From contig JBDRPD010000050.1 in NCBI GenBank assembly GCA_043827405.1, forward strand, positions 64,001 through 128,000: a stretch of 64,000 nucleotides of DNA, given 5' to 3'. The notes under the pieces were generated by a model, which was not told where the DNA came from, did not search any database, and worked only from the letters and a program-made list of their open reading frames with translations. Of this stretch, positions 45,344-55,160 are shown one piece after another; positions within the stretch are counted from its first letter, which is position 1; each line of letters begins with the position of its first letter. The stretch comes from Elusimicrobiota bacterium (lineage in GTDB: Bacteria; Elusimicrobiota; Elusimicrobia; UBA1565). The translations under genes and the position numbers were made by a program.

Positions 45344-46822
45344 ATGAAATTCCGCTTTCTGCCGCTGCTGCTGGCATTGCTCACCGCTCCGTCTCAGGCG
45401 CAGCCGCCGCCCGGCGGCATCCGCCGGCACATTCAGGAAATGAAGTTCGAGATGCAGCGCCTGCGCCTGGATGTCGAACCCCGGGTGGAACAGCTCGCCC
45501 GCCTGCAGGAGCGCTACGCGGAGCTCGGCGCGCTGGAACGCGCCGCCCGCGAACGCGAAGAAATCCGCCGCGATATCGCGCTGCGCATGGAACGCTACAC
45601 GCAGGGGCTGCTCCGCCTCAACAATATCCAGGAGGAATTCGCGCGGCGGCAGCGCCGCCTTTTCCCGGAACACGAGTTTATTAAAAGCGCCGATCTGTTC
45701 CGCGGTTTTGTCATGGGGCGTCTCGCCGAAGACGAAGAGCGCTTCCACGCCGCGCTGCGGCGAGCCGAAGCGTCCGAACGCCGGCGCGGCATACTCATCG
45801 TCCTGGGGGCCATCGCGGTAATTCTGCTTATTCTCGGGCTCGCCGCCGCGCTGGTCTACCAGACGCGGCGCGTCCAGACGACGCGGCCGGCCAGCCTGGT
45901 GACGCCGCCCTCCCCGGCCGTCACTACGCCCGGTTTCGCGCCCGCGCTGGCGGCCCCGGCCCTCGCGGCGCTCGCCGGCCCGTCCGCGGTCGACACCCTG
46001 CGCACAGGGGACCTCCTGGATGGGAGCTTCCGCATCGAGCGCGAGCTCGGCCGCGGCGGCATGGGCATCGTCTACGAAGCCGTCGACGTCACCCTGCGGC
46101 GCAAGACGGCCATCAAGCAGATGCACAAGGAGATCTCCCAGCAGCCGCATGAGCTCGAGCTGTTTCTCACCGAGGCGCGCCTGGTGGCGTCGCTCAAACA
46201 CCCCAACCTCGTCGAAATTTATTCCATCCTGCGCCACGCCGGACAGGTCTATCTGGTATTCGAGCACATCGACGGCCAGCCGCTAAGCCGCTATCTGGAA
46301 GGCGGGCGGCGGCTCGCTCTAAAGGGGGCCAAGCAGACCGTACGACAGATCGCGGCCGCGCTGGACTACGCGCACAGCAAGAAGATTATTCATCGCGACC
46401 TCAAGCCCGCCAACATCATGGTCGGCAGCGACGGCGTCGCCAAGGTTATGGACTTCGGCATCGCCCACCAGGCCAAGATGACGGTGGCTAAAGTTACGCG
46501 GGCGAACCCCTGGGGCACGCCGGCCTACATGGCGCCGGAACAGGAGCTGGGAACGGTCTCGCGCGAGTCCGACCTGTTCGCTCTGGGCGTCTGCCTCTAT
46601 CAGTTTCTGACCGGGCGCCTCCCGTACAGCGGGCCAAATTTCCTGGCCCAGAAGCAGCAGGCGCTCTATCCGCCGGCGACCCGCGTCATGCCGGCCCTGC
46701 CGCAGGAGGCCGACCGCATCCTGGGGCGCGCGCTGGACCCGGAGCCGGCCAACCGCTACCACAGCGGCGCCGAGTTCGCCGCCGACGTCGCCCAACTGCC
46801 GGACGAAGAACCGCCCACCTGA
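45344..46822 (+). CDS. Membrane Ser/Thr protein kinase, paralog of 37697-39232
   Basis: GRGGMG, AIK, HRDLKPAN, DFG, GTPAYMAPE; promoter TTGACA-N18-TAAACT at 45299-45328. Confidence 0.92.
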   Translation: MKFRFLPLLLALLTAPSQAQPPPGGIRRHIQEMKFEMQRLRLDVEPRVEQLARLQERYAELGALERAAREREEIRRDIALRMERYTQGLLRLNNIQEEFARRQRRLFPEHEFIKSADLFRGFVMGRLAEDEERFHAALRRAEASERRRGILIVLGAIAVILLILGLAAALVYQTRRVQTTRPASLVTPPSPAVTTPGFAPALAAPALAALAGPSAVDTLRTGDLLDGSFRIERELGRGGMGIVYEAVDVTLRRKTAIKQMHKEISQQPHELELFLTEARLVASLKHPNLVEIYSILRHAGQVYLVFEHIDGQPLSRYLEGGRRLALKGAKQTVRQIAAALDYAHSKKIIHRDLKPANIMVGSDGVAKVMDFGIAHQAKMTVAKVTRANPWGTPAYMAPEQELGTVSRESDLFALGVCLYQFLTGRLPYSGPNFLAQKQQALYPPATRVMPALPQEADRILGRALDPEPANRYHSGAEFAADVAQLPDEEPPT

Positions 46823-47250
46823 TGCGGACCGCCGCGCGCGCACGCGCCTGGGCGCCCGTCCTTATCTGGTGCGCGGTAATCTTCGCGCTCTCCAGCACGC
46901 ACGGCGGCCACGACCCCTTCAAACCGTATACCCCGCAATACTTCCTGTACGTCCTAACGCGGAAATTCTGCCATGTCTTTGAATACTTCGTGCTCTACGG
47001 GCTGGTTCACTCCGCGCTCCGGCGCGAGCGCGGACGGGATGACCGCTGGACGACGCTCATCGCGCTGACGCTGACGGTCGCCTATGCCGCGAGCGACGAA
47101 CTGCATCAAAGCTTCGTGCCCGGACGCAGCGGGAACCGCGTGGATGTGCTGATCGATTTTCTCGGAGCCGCCGCCGCGCGGGCGCGGCTAACGGGTCCAG
47201 GCCGCGTAGTTGCGGCCGTGGGCGCGCAGCGTCCAGCCGGGCCCGGGTGA
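46822..47250 (+). CDS. VanZ family membrane protein
   Basis: IFALSS, RK..H..EY..L, YAASDELHQSFVPGRSG...DVLID. Confidence 0.85.
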   Translation: MRTAARARAWAPVLIWCAVIFALSSTHGGHDPFKPYTPQYFLYVLTRKFCHVFEYFVLYGLVHSALRRERGRDDRWTTLIALTLTVAYAASDELHQSFVPGRSGNRVDVLIDFLGAAAARARLTGPGRVVAAVGAQRPAGPG

Positions 47251-48579
47251 CCAGCTCCCCGGTCCGATCTTCATCGCCAGCCGCCCGTCGATGATCGCCG
47301 CATAGCGCGCGCCGTCGGCGGCCTTGATCTCGACCGCGCTGTTCTCATTGATGCCGGCTTCCTTGCGCAGAAAGACCAGGTCCTTGAGCTGCTGCTGGAT
47401 GCCCCAGTCGAAGTAGTGGGGCCAGTAGACGCAGGGAATCCCGGGGTGGGTGAGGATATAGGCGTAGCCCTGCATGATCTCCGCGCCCGGAAACGGCCAA
47501 TGGTTCTGACCGGCGCCGCCGGTGCTGGCGCCGGTATCGTGGTTGTCGATGAAAGTTACGGCCTTGGCGGACCACCAGCCGATCAAGCCCGGAGGGCGTC
47601 CGGCGCCGTCGTTGAGCCGCCAGTACTCGCCCGCGCGCACGGCCTGCTGCAGGATGCCCTTGGTCGTAAAGTCGAAGACCGCCGACTTGCCGCCGACGGA
47701 GTCGATCCAGTCGATCGCGGCCTGCCGGTGGGCGTTGGGGTTGCCGAGATCGAGATCGTCCCAAATCTCTCCCACGGCGAAAGTGGGCGCCGTGGCGTCC
47801 TGATACATCGCCAAATACTTGGGCGCGTAGCCGCGCACATAGTCGTAGCGCCAGCCGTCGTAGCCGATGTCCCGGCGCAGCCAGTTGAGCCAGTCGATCA
47901 GGCTCCGCTGCACCGCCGGGTTGGTATGGTCGATGTCGCGTGCGGCATGATAGCCTTTGCCGGTATCAGGATTGCCCGTGGGATTGGGGCACTCATCGAC
48001 CTGCCCGCATTCATCGTCGCTGGTAATCGAGTCCGGTCCCCAGGCCGGCTCGGTAAAGTCGGCCCAGCCCGTGGTGCCCACGCGGTGATTGATCACGATG
48101 TCGGCGAGGACCTGGACGCCGGCGCCGTGCAGGGCGCCGATAGCCCGGCGCAGCTGCGCCTGCGAACCGTACGCGGAATCCTGGACGTAGAGCCGGTTGG
48201 GCAGATAGCCTTCGTCGCTCATCGCCGCCGAGGACGGCGGCAGCCAAACCATGTCGAATCCCGCCCGGCCGATATCCTGCGCCTTGGCGGCGACGATGCC
48301 CCACCAGGAACTCTGATGCGATTCCCAGTGAAAGCCCTGCATCATCACCTTGCCCTCGCCGCCGGCGCCGGCGCTGCGGAGATACTTGGCGGCATCAATG
48401 GGAGCTGCGGCGATGACGGAGCGGCCCGGGCCGGAGGAGGGCGGCGCGGGAACGGCGATGCCGTTGTCGGCGGCCTGCCGGATCAGCTGGGGAAGGACTT
48501 TGCGCTCGGCGGCGGCGGAAATGGAGGATAAAAAAATGCCGAGTAAACAAGCGGAAAAAAGATGCCTGCTCGTCATCAT
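47188..48579 (-). CDS. Secreted alpha-amylase (GH13, plant/GH13_6-like C-terminus)
   Basis: QGFHWES, DIVINHR, GWRYDYVRGY, VGEIW, FIDNHDTG, WPFP, GYAYILTHPG; GGAGG RBS; promoter TTGACT-N18-TACAAT. Confidence 0.92.
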   Translation of the reverse strand: MMTSRHLFSACLLGIFLSSISAAAERKVLPQLIRQAADNGIAVPAPPSSGPGRSVIAAAPIDAAKYLRSAGAGGEGKVMMQGFHWESHQSSWWGIVAAKAQDIGRAGFDMVWLPPSSAAMSDEGYLPNRLYVQDSAYGSQAQLRRAIGALHGAGVQVLADIVINHRVGTTGWADFTEPAWGPDSITSDDECGQVDECPNPTGNPDTGKGYHAARDIDHTNPAVQRSLIDWLNWLRRDIGYDGWRYDYVRGYAPKYLAMYQDATAPTFAVGEIWDDLDLGNPNAHRQAAIDWIDSVGGKSAVFDFTTKGILQQAVRAGEYWRLNDGAGRPPGLIGWWSAKAVTFIDNHDTGASTGGAGQNHWPFPGAEIMQGYAYILTHPGIPCVYWPHYFDWGIQQQLKDLVFLRKEAGINENSAVEIKAADGARYAAIIDGRLAMKIGPGSWSPGPGWTLRAHGRNYAAWTR

Positions 48580-48681
48580 TACCTCCCCCCACATTGTACC
48601 CGCCAGCGGCACTTTAAGTCAATTAAATGTTTGGTAACGTACACTTTTACTAATAGTGCCGAAAGAATCTATTATACGCCT

Positions 48682-50802
48682 ATGCTGCGGACTTTCTTGG
48701 CGCTCGCCCTCGCACTGCCCCACGCGGCCCTGGCCGCGGTCAAAGTCGAACACCATACCGGAGACCTGTACAAAGTCACCTTCAGCTTCTCCCCCCAGAT
48801 CGGCATCGGCGGCGTCGCGGTGGCCGGCAGCTTCAACGACTGGCGCAAGGACCAGCATCCCCTAGCGGATCCGGACGGCGGCGGGACCTATCAGCTCACG
48901 CTCGAGCTGCCGCAGGGCCGCTACCTCTACAAGTTTGTGGTCGACGGCAAGGTCTGGCAGCCCGACCCGGACAATACGGAGCGCGTACCCGACGGCTTCG
49001 ACAGCTTCAACTCGGTGGTCACCGCAGGCGACGCCGCGAGCAGCCCCGCCGCCGCCGCCCGCCCCGGCGACGGCGAGGTGGTGCGGGATTCCATCCTGCA
49101 CCGGCAGACGATCGAATACTGCGAATGGGTCGCGGGTGAAAGCCTCGCGGTCATCCGCCTGCGGGCGGCGGAAAACGACGTCGAGAACGCGGCGCTGTGG
49201 ATCGACGGCGAAACCGCCCTGCCGCTAAAGCGCATCTATACGAAAAACGCGCATGACTACTGGGAGGCCGTCTACCGGACATCGCGGCGGCGCTTCACCT
49301 ATGTCTTCCTGCTGCGCGACGGAGCCGGGCACTTCTTCGTCGGCCCGCAGGGGATCGGCCCGGAGCAGCCGGCCGAACCCTACATCTTCGACCGCGAGAA
49401 AGCGCCGCAGCTGGACGCGCCGAATTGGGTCGCCGACGCGGTCTTCTATCAGATATTTCCCGAACGATTCTTCGACGGCGACCCGGCCAACAACCCGCAA
49501 GACGTCCGGCCCTGGAGCGACGCCCCCGGGCTGTCCAATCATTTCGGCGGCGACCTGGAGGGCGTCCGGCGCAAGCTCCCCTACCTCAATGAGCTGGGCG
49601 TCAGCGCCATCTACTTCAACCCGGTTTTCGCCGCGCCCTCTAATCACAAGTACGACACCGCCGACTACCGGCGCATCGACCCGCATTTCGGCGATGCCGG
49701 GACTTTCCGCCGGCTCGCCCGCGAGGCGCGCCGGGCCGGCATCCGGACCATCCTCGACGGCGTCTTCAACCATTCGGGCGACCAGTTCGCGCCCTTTCTG
49801 GATGCGGTCAAAAACGGCAAGAGCTCCCGCTACGCGGACTGGTACACCTTCCGCGGCTTCCCGGTGACCCAGGAGCCGCCGAACTACGAATGCTGGTGGA
49901 ACTTCCCGCACCTGCCGAAGCTCAATACCGACACCCCCAAGGTCGCCGAGTACCTGCTCGAGGTCTCCGGCCATTGGCTCAAAGAAGGCGCCGCGGGCTG
50001 GCGGCTCGACGTCCCCAACGAGGTGCCGCATCGCTTCTGGAAGCGCTTCCGCGGCGCCGTGCGCCGGGCCGATCCGGAGGCCTACATCGTCGGCGAGATT
50101 TGGAACGACGCCCTGCCCTGGCTGCAGGGCGACGAGTTCGACGCGGTCATGAACTACACCTTCCGCTCGGCGGTGCTGGGCTACTTCGCGCAGCACAAGC
50201 TCGACCTCGACACCTTCCACCGCCTGCTGCTGGAGCAGCGCCACCGCTATCCGCGGAGCTCGCTCCCCGTCCAGTTCAACCTGCTGGGCTCGCACGACAC
50301 GGCGCGCATCGGGACCCTCTTTACGGGAGCGAACGCGCAAGCGCGCCTAAAGCTCGCCGTGCTCTTTCAGCTGACCTACCTGGGCGCGCCCGTCATCTAC
50401 TACGGCGACGAGGTGGGATTAAAGGGCGGCAAGGACCCGGACTGCCGGCGCACCTTTCCCTGGGAACCTGAAAGGCAGGACCTTGAGCTCTTGGCGCACT
50501 ACAAGAAGCTCATCGGCATCCGCCGCGCCCTGCCCGAGCTCCGGCGGGGAGAGTTCCACGTTCTAGCGATCGATCGCGAGCGCGACATCTACGTCTTTCT
50601 GCGCACCTTCGGCGCCGACACCGCGCTGGTCGCCCTGCACCGCGGCGACGGCGAGGTGGAGCTTGTTCTGCAGCTGCCGGAGCCGCTCGCGGAGACGGAT
50701 AGGCTCAAGGACTTCTACGGCGACCAGCTGTTCACGGTGGAAGACGGCAGGCTCAAGCTGAAGCTCGCGCCCTATCAGGGAATGATCCTAGCCCCCTACT
50801 GA
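48682..50802 (+). CDS. GH13 neopullulanase/cyclomaltodextrinase-like enzyme with N-terminal CBM48-like domain and signal peptide
   Basis: VAGSFNDW, YQIFPERF, SNHKYDT, DGVFNH, GWRLDVPNE, GEIW, LLGSHDT, YYGDE, DPDCRR. Confidence 0.92.
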   Translation: MLRTFLALALALPHAALAAVKVEHHTGDLYKVTFSFSPQIGIGGVAVAGSFNDWRKDQHPLADPDGGGTYQLTLELPQGRYLYKFVVDGKVWQPDPDNTERVPDGFDSFNSVVTAGDAASSPAAAARPGDGEVVRDSILHRQTIEYCEWVAGESLAVIRLRAAENDVENAALWIDGETALPLKRIYTKNAHDYWEAVYRTSRRRFTYVFLLRDGAGHFFVGPQGIGPEQPAEPYIFDREKAPQLDAPNWVADAVFYQIFPERFFDGDPANNPQDVRPWSDAPGLSNHFGGDLEGVRRKLPYLNELGVSAIYFNPVFAAPSNHKYDTADYRRIDPHFGDAGTFRRLAREARRAGIRTILDGVFNHSGDQFAPFLDAVKNGKSSRYADWYTFRGFPVTQEPPNYECWWNFPHLPKLNTDTPKVAEYLLEVSGHWLKEGAAGWRLDVPNEVPHRFWKRFRGAVRRADPEAYIVGEIWNDALPWLQGDEFDAVMNYTFRSAVLGYFAQHKLDLDTFHRLLLEQRHRYPRSSLPVQFNLLGSHDTARIGTLFTGANAQARLKLAVLFQLTYLGAPVIYYGDEVGLKGGKDPDCRRTFPWEPERQDLELLAHYKKLIGIRRALPELRRGEFHVLAIDRERDIYVFLRTFGADTALVALHRGDGEVELVLQLPEPLAETDRLKDFYGDQLFTVEDGRLKLKLAPYQGMILAPY

Positions 50803-51875
50803 CCCAGCCGCAGGCCGCTTTTCTTGTCGAACAGGTGCAGGGCCTGAGGATCAAAGCGGATGGGGACCTCGCCGCCCGGCTCGCCCGAAAACGCCGCGTC
50901 GACCACGGTCAGAATCTTCTCCTCGCCCAGCCGCAGGTGCACGTTCTTGCGTTGGCCCAGGAGCTCCACCACCTCGATCGCGGCGCGGGCCAGGCTGGCG
51001 CCCGGCTCCAGCAGGATGCCTTCGGGACGCACCCCCAGGACGACTTTCTGGCCGTCCCGCCCGTCTCCCGCCGCCTCGGCGGAGACCGGCAGCTCCACGG
51101 CCGCATGCTTAAAGCGGAAGCCCTTGCTGTCTCTCTTGAGAACCCCGTCCATGAAGTTCATCGTCGGGCTGCCGATAAAGCCCGCCACAAAGATATTGCG
51201 CGGCCGGTTAAAGACTTCCGCGGGCACCCCCAGCTGCTGAATGCGGCCCTGGTCGACAACGGCGATGCGCGTGGCCAAGGTCATGGCCTCGACCTGGTCA
51301 TGGGTGACGTAGACGATAGTCGCCCGCAGGCGCAGATGCAGCTTGGCGATCTCGACGCGCATCTCCTCGCGGAGCTTGGCGTCCAGGTTTGAGAGCGGCT
51401 CGTCGAACAGAAAGACCTTGGGCTGGCGCACGATGGCGCGGCCGATGGCGACGCGCTGGCGCTGGCCGCCGGAAAGCTGCCGCGGCGTGCGTCCCAAAAG
51501 CGGCTGAATCTGCAGGATGTCGGCGGCCTCATTGACCCGCTTGTCGATCTCGGCGCGCTCCATGCTGCGCAGCCGCAGGCCGAAGCTCATGTTTTCCGCC
51601 ACCGTCATATGCGGATACAGCGCGTAGTCCTGAAACACCATCGCGATCTCCCGCGCGCGCGGCGGCAGGTGGTTGACGATGCCGCCGTCGATATGGATCT
51701 CGCCCTCGGTGGTCTCCTCAAGACCCGCCAGCATGCGCAGCAGCGTGCTCTTGCCGCAGCCGGAGGGGCCCACAAGCACGAGGAACTCGCGGTCGGCGAT
51801 CTCCAGGCTCACCTCGTGGAGCACCGTCGTCTTGTCGAATCGTTTACGAATGTTTTTCAGCGTTACCGAAGCCAT
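50796..51875 (-). CDS. malK: Sugar ABC transporter ATP-binding protein (MalK/MsmX/UgpC family)
   Basis: GPSGCGKS, LSGGQRQR, FDEPLSNLDAKLR, FIGSP. Confidence 0.9.
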   Translation of the reverse strand: MASVTLKNIRKRFDKTTVLHEVSLEIADREFLVLVGPSGCGKSTLLRMLAGLEETTEGEIHIDGGIVNHLPPRAREIAMVFQDYALYPHMTVAENMSFGLRLRSMERAEIDKRVNEAADILQIQPLLGRTPRQLSGGQRQRVAIGRAIVRQPKVFLFDEPLSNLDAKLREEMRVEIAKLHLRLRATIVYVTHDQVEAMTLATRIAVVDQGRIQQLGVPAEVFNRPRNIFVAGFIGSPTMNFMDGVLKRDSKGFRFKHAAVELPVSAEAAGDGRDGQKVVLGVRPEGILLEPGASLARAAIEVVELLGQRKNVHLRLGEEKILTVVDAAFSGEPGGEVPIRFDPQALHLFDKKSGLRLGQ

Positions 51876-51878
51876 GAT

Positions 51879-52757
51879 CTATCCTTTGACGCCGCCCAAG
51901 GTCAGGCCCGAAACGAGCCATTTCGACGAATACAGAAACACCAGAAGGACCGGCACCGTAACCATAAGCGAGGCGGCGGCGAACATGCCCCACTGGGTCA
52001 GGTACTGGCCCTGCAGCTCGAAGAGCCCCAAAGTCCAGGTGTACTTGAAGGAATCGGTCAGCACCACCCGGGCCACCAGGTACTCGTTCCAGGCCTGCGT
52101 GAAGTTGAAGAGAAAAGCGATCGACAGCGCCGGGGTCGACAACGGCAGCACGATGCGGTAGAAGGCGCCGAAACGCGTGGTTCCATCAACCAAGGCGGCC
52201 TCTTCCAACGAGCGCGGGATGGTGTCGTAGTAGCCCTTGAGAATCCAGATACTGAAAGGCAGCGAGCTCACCGAATAGGCGATGATGATGCCGAGATAGG
52301 TGTTGGTCAGATGCAGCTTCATGATCATCAGAAACAGCGGCAGGAGCAGCATCCCGGCCGGAATCATCTGCGTGCCCAAAAGGAGCGTAAGGCCGAGCTT
52401 GCTCCCGGGGAACTTGAAGCGCGAGAAGGCGTAGCCCGCCGTTGACGCCAGGCTGACGCCGATAAACGAAGTGGTGCAGGTAATGACCAGCGAGTTCCAC
52501 AGCCAGACGAGGAAATTCGTATCCTGCATCACTTTCCAGTAGGAGAGCAGGGTCGCCCCCTGCGGGATAATGGCGAGGTCGGTTGATACGATCTGGTCGC
52601 CGGGCCGCAGCGATACCGCGAGGATGCGCAGCACCGGATAAAGGCAGATCACGCAATAGGCGAGAAGCGCCGCATGCGTCAGGGCGAGCGTAATCCGCCG
52701 CCGCCGCGCCGCCGCGCGCAGGGTCTCGAGGCTCGCCGCGAGCGCGGTCTCAGCCAT
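51879..52757 (-). CDS. malG: Maltodextrin ABC transporter permease MalG-like
   Basis: KGYYDTIPRSLEEAALVDG, SGLTLGGVKG. Confidence 0.88.
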   Translation of the reverse strand: MAETALAASLETLRAAARRRRITLALTHAALLAYCVICLYPVLRILAVSLRPGDQIVSTDLAIIPQGATLLSYWKVMQDTNFLVWLWNSLVITCTTSFIGVSLASTAGYAFSRFKFPGSKLGLTLLLGTQMIPAGMLLLPLFLMIMKLHLTNTYLGIIIAYSVSSLPFSIWILKGYYDTIPRSLEEAALVDGTTRFGAFYRIVLPLSTPALSIAFLFNFTQAWNEYLVARVVLTDSFKYTWTLGLFELQGQYLTQWGMFAAASLMVTVPVLLVFLYSSKWLVSGLTLGGVKG

Positions 52758-53916
52758 AGACGGACTCCTCGCTCTTCGCGGCGCGCATCCAGATAATCGA
52801 GAAGATAAACAGCATAAGAAAGATGACGATGGCGAAGGCGGCGCTGTAGCTGTAGCGATAGTAGGTGAACGCCGCCTTGTAGAGCGCCGAGACGAGAATG
52901 TCGGCGTCCTCGGTGCCGCCGGCCTGGCCGGTGACGAGATAGATGACGTTGATATTGTTAAAGGTCCACACCGTCCCCAAAGTCACCGCCGGCACCAGCA
53001 CGGGCTTAATCAGCGGCAAAGTAATATGGCGGAAGCGCTGCAGGGCGGAGGCCCCGTCGATCGCCGCCGCATCGTAGTAGTGACGCGAGATGGATTGCAG
53101 GCCGCCGAGGATGATCACCATCATGAAGGGAATGCCGAGCCAAACATTGATCAGCGTGCAGGTCAGGAAGGCGTGGTTGCTCAGCCATTGAACGGGCGCG
53201 ATCCCGAGCTTGCCGAGCATGATATTGATAAAGCCGTACTGGGAATGGAACTCGCCGCGCAGCGCCAATACCGCCACCACCTGCGGCATGGCCCAGGGGA
53301 TGATGAGAAAGGTCCGGTAGATGCCCTTGAGCCGGTCGCAGTTGTGCAGCAGCAGCGCCAAGGCGAAGCCTCCTACCACATGGCAGGTCACATTAAGCAC
53401 GGTCCACCAGGCGGTCCGCCCCAGCAGCTGCAGGAAGCCGACCTCGGACATCGGCGACGAGGTGAAGACTTTAACGAACTGCTTGAGCCCGACGAACGGC
53501 AGCGCCCCCGTCCGGCTCCACTCCATAATGGTGGTGAGCTTGAGATCATGGAAAGCCAGGTAGACCTCGAAGGCCAGGGGATAGGCGATCAGGAGGAGCA
53601 GGCCGAGCAGCCCCGGCGCCAGCAGCATATAGGGCAGCGCGAACCGCCCCCGCACTACGTGGCGGAAAGCGAAAGCTGCCGCGCCCTGAACGGCGACCAG
53701 CGCGGCGCCGAGCGCCGTAAGCTGCCCCGCGCCCAGCGGCGCACCGCCGATGAGCAGCGCCGCCAAGACCGCCGCCGGCACGCCCAGCACCGCGGCCGGC
53801 ATAAACCAGGAGCGCTCATGGCATTGCAGGTGGATGTAAAGGTAGAGCTCAAGCGCCGCGATCACGCCCGCGATGAGCAGCAGCAGCTGGACGACCTGGA
53901 TGATCGCGGCGCCCAT
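52750..53916 (-). CDS. malF: Maltodextrin ABC transporter permease MalF-like
   Basis: IIPWAMP, WLGIPFMM, LQSI...YDAAAIDGA, FNNINVI. Confidence 0.85.
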   Translation of the reverse strand: MGAAIIQVVQLLLLIAGVIAALELYLYIHLQCHERSWFMPAAVLGVPAAVLAALLIGGAPLGAGQLTALGAALVAVQGAAAFAFRHVVRGRFALPYMLLAPGLLGLLLLIAYPLAFEVYLAFHDLKLTTIMEWSRTGALPFVGLKQFVKVFTSSPMSEVGFLQLLGRTAWWTVLNVTCHVVGGFALALLLHNCDRLKGIYRTFLIIPWAMPQVVAVLALRGEFHSQYGFINIMLGKLGIAPVQWLSNHAFLTCTLINVWLGIPFMMVIILGGLQSISRHYYDAAAIDGASALQRFRHITLPLIKPVLVPAVTLGTVWTFNNINVIYLVTGQAGGTEDADILVSALYKAAFTYYRYSYSAAFAIVIFLMLFIFSIIWMRAAKSEESVYG

Positions 53917-55145
53917 CAGTCGTTCATCTCCGCGATCTTCTGGGCCGCGTCTTTCTGCATCTTGCGCGCGGCCTCTGCGGGCGTGATCTTCTTGAGCAGC
54001 GCCTTGGCCAGATGCGGCCGAATCGCGTCCCATACCGCACGGATCTCGGTCGCCATCGGCATCGGCGTCCCCACCATGAGCTGATCCTTGGACGCCTGGA
54101 GCGCCGCGTCTTGGCGAATGGCTTCCGTTCCCATGGCCGCCTTGAGCGCCGGCAGCCGCATCAGCTGCGCCACCTGGGCGGTCTGGTTCTTTTCGTTGGT
54201 GTAGAACTCGACGAGCCGCCTAACGAGATCAAGCTTCGCTCCTTCCAGCTTCGAGCTCAGCATAAAATAACGGCCGCTGATCATCGGCGCGGGCCAGCGC
54301 CCGGTCTGCGAAAGCTTGGGAATGCGCGCCACGCCCAGGTCGGCGCCGAACTTCTCCCGGTAGCTGGAGATCGCCCAGTCGCCGTTGATGATAAAGGCCG
54401 CCTTGCCTTCTTTAAACAGCGCGTCCATGCAATTATAGTCGCATTCGGCGGGCATGATCCGCTGGTCATGGATCAGGCCGGCGAGAAACGCCAGCGTCCG
54501 GCGCATGGCCTCGGTATCCAAAGTCGGCGTCTTGTTGTCGATGGGAAATCCCCCGAACGCCCCGAGCCAAGGCACCAGCCAAAAGGGCTCGCCGGCGAAC
54601 CAGGCCGCGCAGTGCGCCAGCTTATGCCGGGGGACGATCTGCTTGCAGGTCCGGAACAGCTCATCGGTCGTCTCGGGCGCCCGCGGCGCCAGCTTCTTGT
54701 TGTAGAAGAGCATCAGGTGGTTGCCGTTGGAAATCGGCACCCCCCAGGTCTTGCCGTCCAGGGAGATCGCATCGACCACCGGCTTATTGTAGCGCTCCAT
54801 GGCGAAGAGCCCATTGACCGGCAGAATGAAGCCGGCGATCGAATAGATGCCGGCACGGTCGGAGGCGTCGATCACCAGGTCCGGCGGGCTGCCGGCGATG
54901 GAGGCGGTAAGAAATTGCTGGCGCAGGTCTTCCGGATGGAAGTGCGTACGGATCACCCGCACTCCATCGTTGCCCGGCTGCTGCGCAAAATCCTTGAAAA
55001 TAGCGTCGATGAAGGGCGTCACCGAGGCGTCCTCGAGCTCCCAGACCACTATGGTGCGTGGATCCCCGGACGGGTCCTCGGAAAATGCACAGGCGCCGAC
55101 GATGAGGGCGGCAAAAAGGAGCGGGAGCCTCCGCATGCGTCCCAT
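53916..55145 (-). CDS. malE: Maltodextrin-binding lipoprotein MalE-like
   Basis: Lipobox IVGAC, GKTWGVP, LFYNKKL, INGDW, PMP...E..AVW. Confidence 0.82.
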   Translation of the reverse strand: MGRMRRLPLLFAALIVGACAFSEDPSGDPRTIVVWELEDASVTPFIDAIFKDFAQQPGNDGVRVIRTHFHPEDLRQQFLTASIAGSPPDLVIDASDRAGIYSIAGFILPVNGLFAMERYNKPVVDAISLDGKTWGVPISNGNHLMLFYNKKLAPRAPETTDELFRTCKQIVPRHKLAHCAAWFAGEPFWLVPWLGAFGGFPIDNKTPTLDTEAMRRTLAFLAGLIHDQRIMPAECDYNCMDALFKEGKAAFIINGDWAISSYREKFGADLGVARIPKLSQTGRWPAPMISGRYFMLSSKLEGAKLDLVRRLVEFYTNEKNQTAQVAQLMRLPALKAAMGTEAIRQDAALQASKDQLMVGTPMPMATEIRAVWDAIRPHLAKALLKKITPAEAARKMQKDAAQKIAEMND

Positions 55146-55160
55146 TCTACTCCTTTCTGC

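Noticed and set aside
46822..47250. VanZ as evidence of glycopeptide resistance
   Set aside because: VanZ-like proteins are widespread and no other van genes are present.
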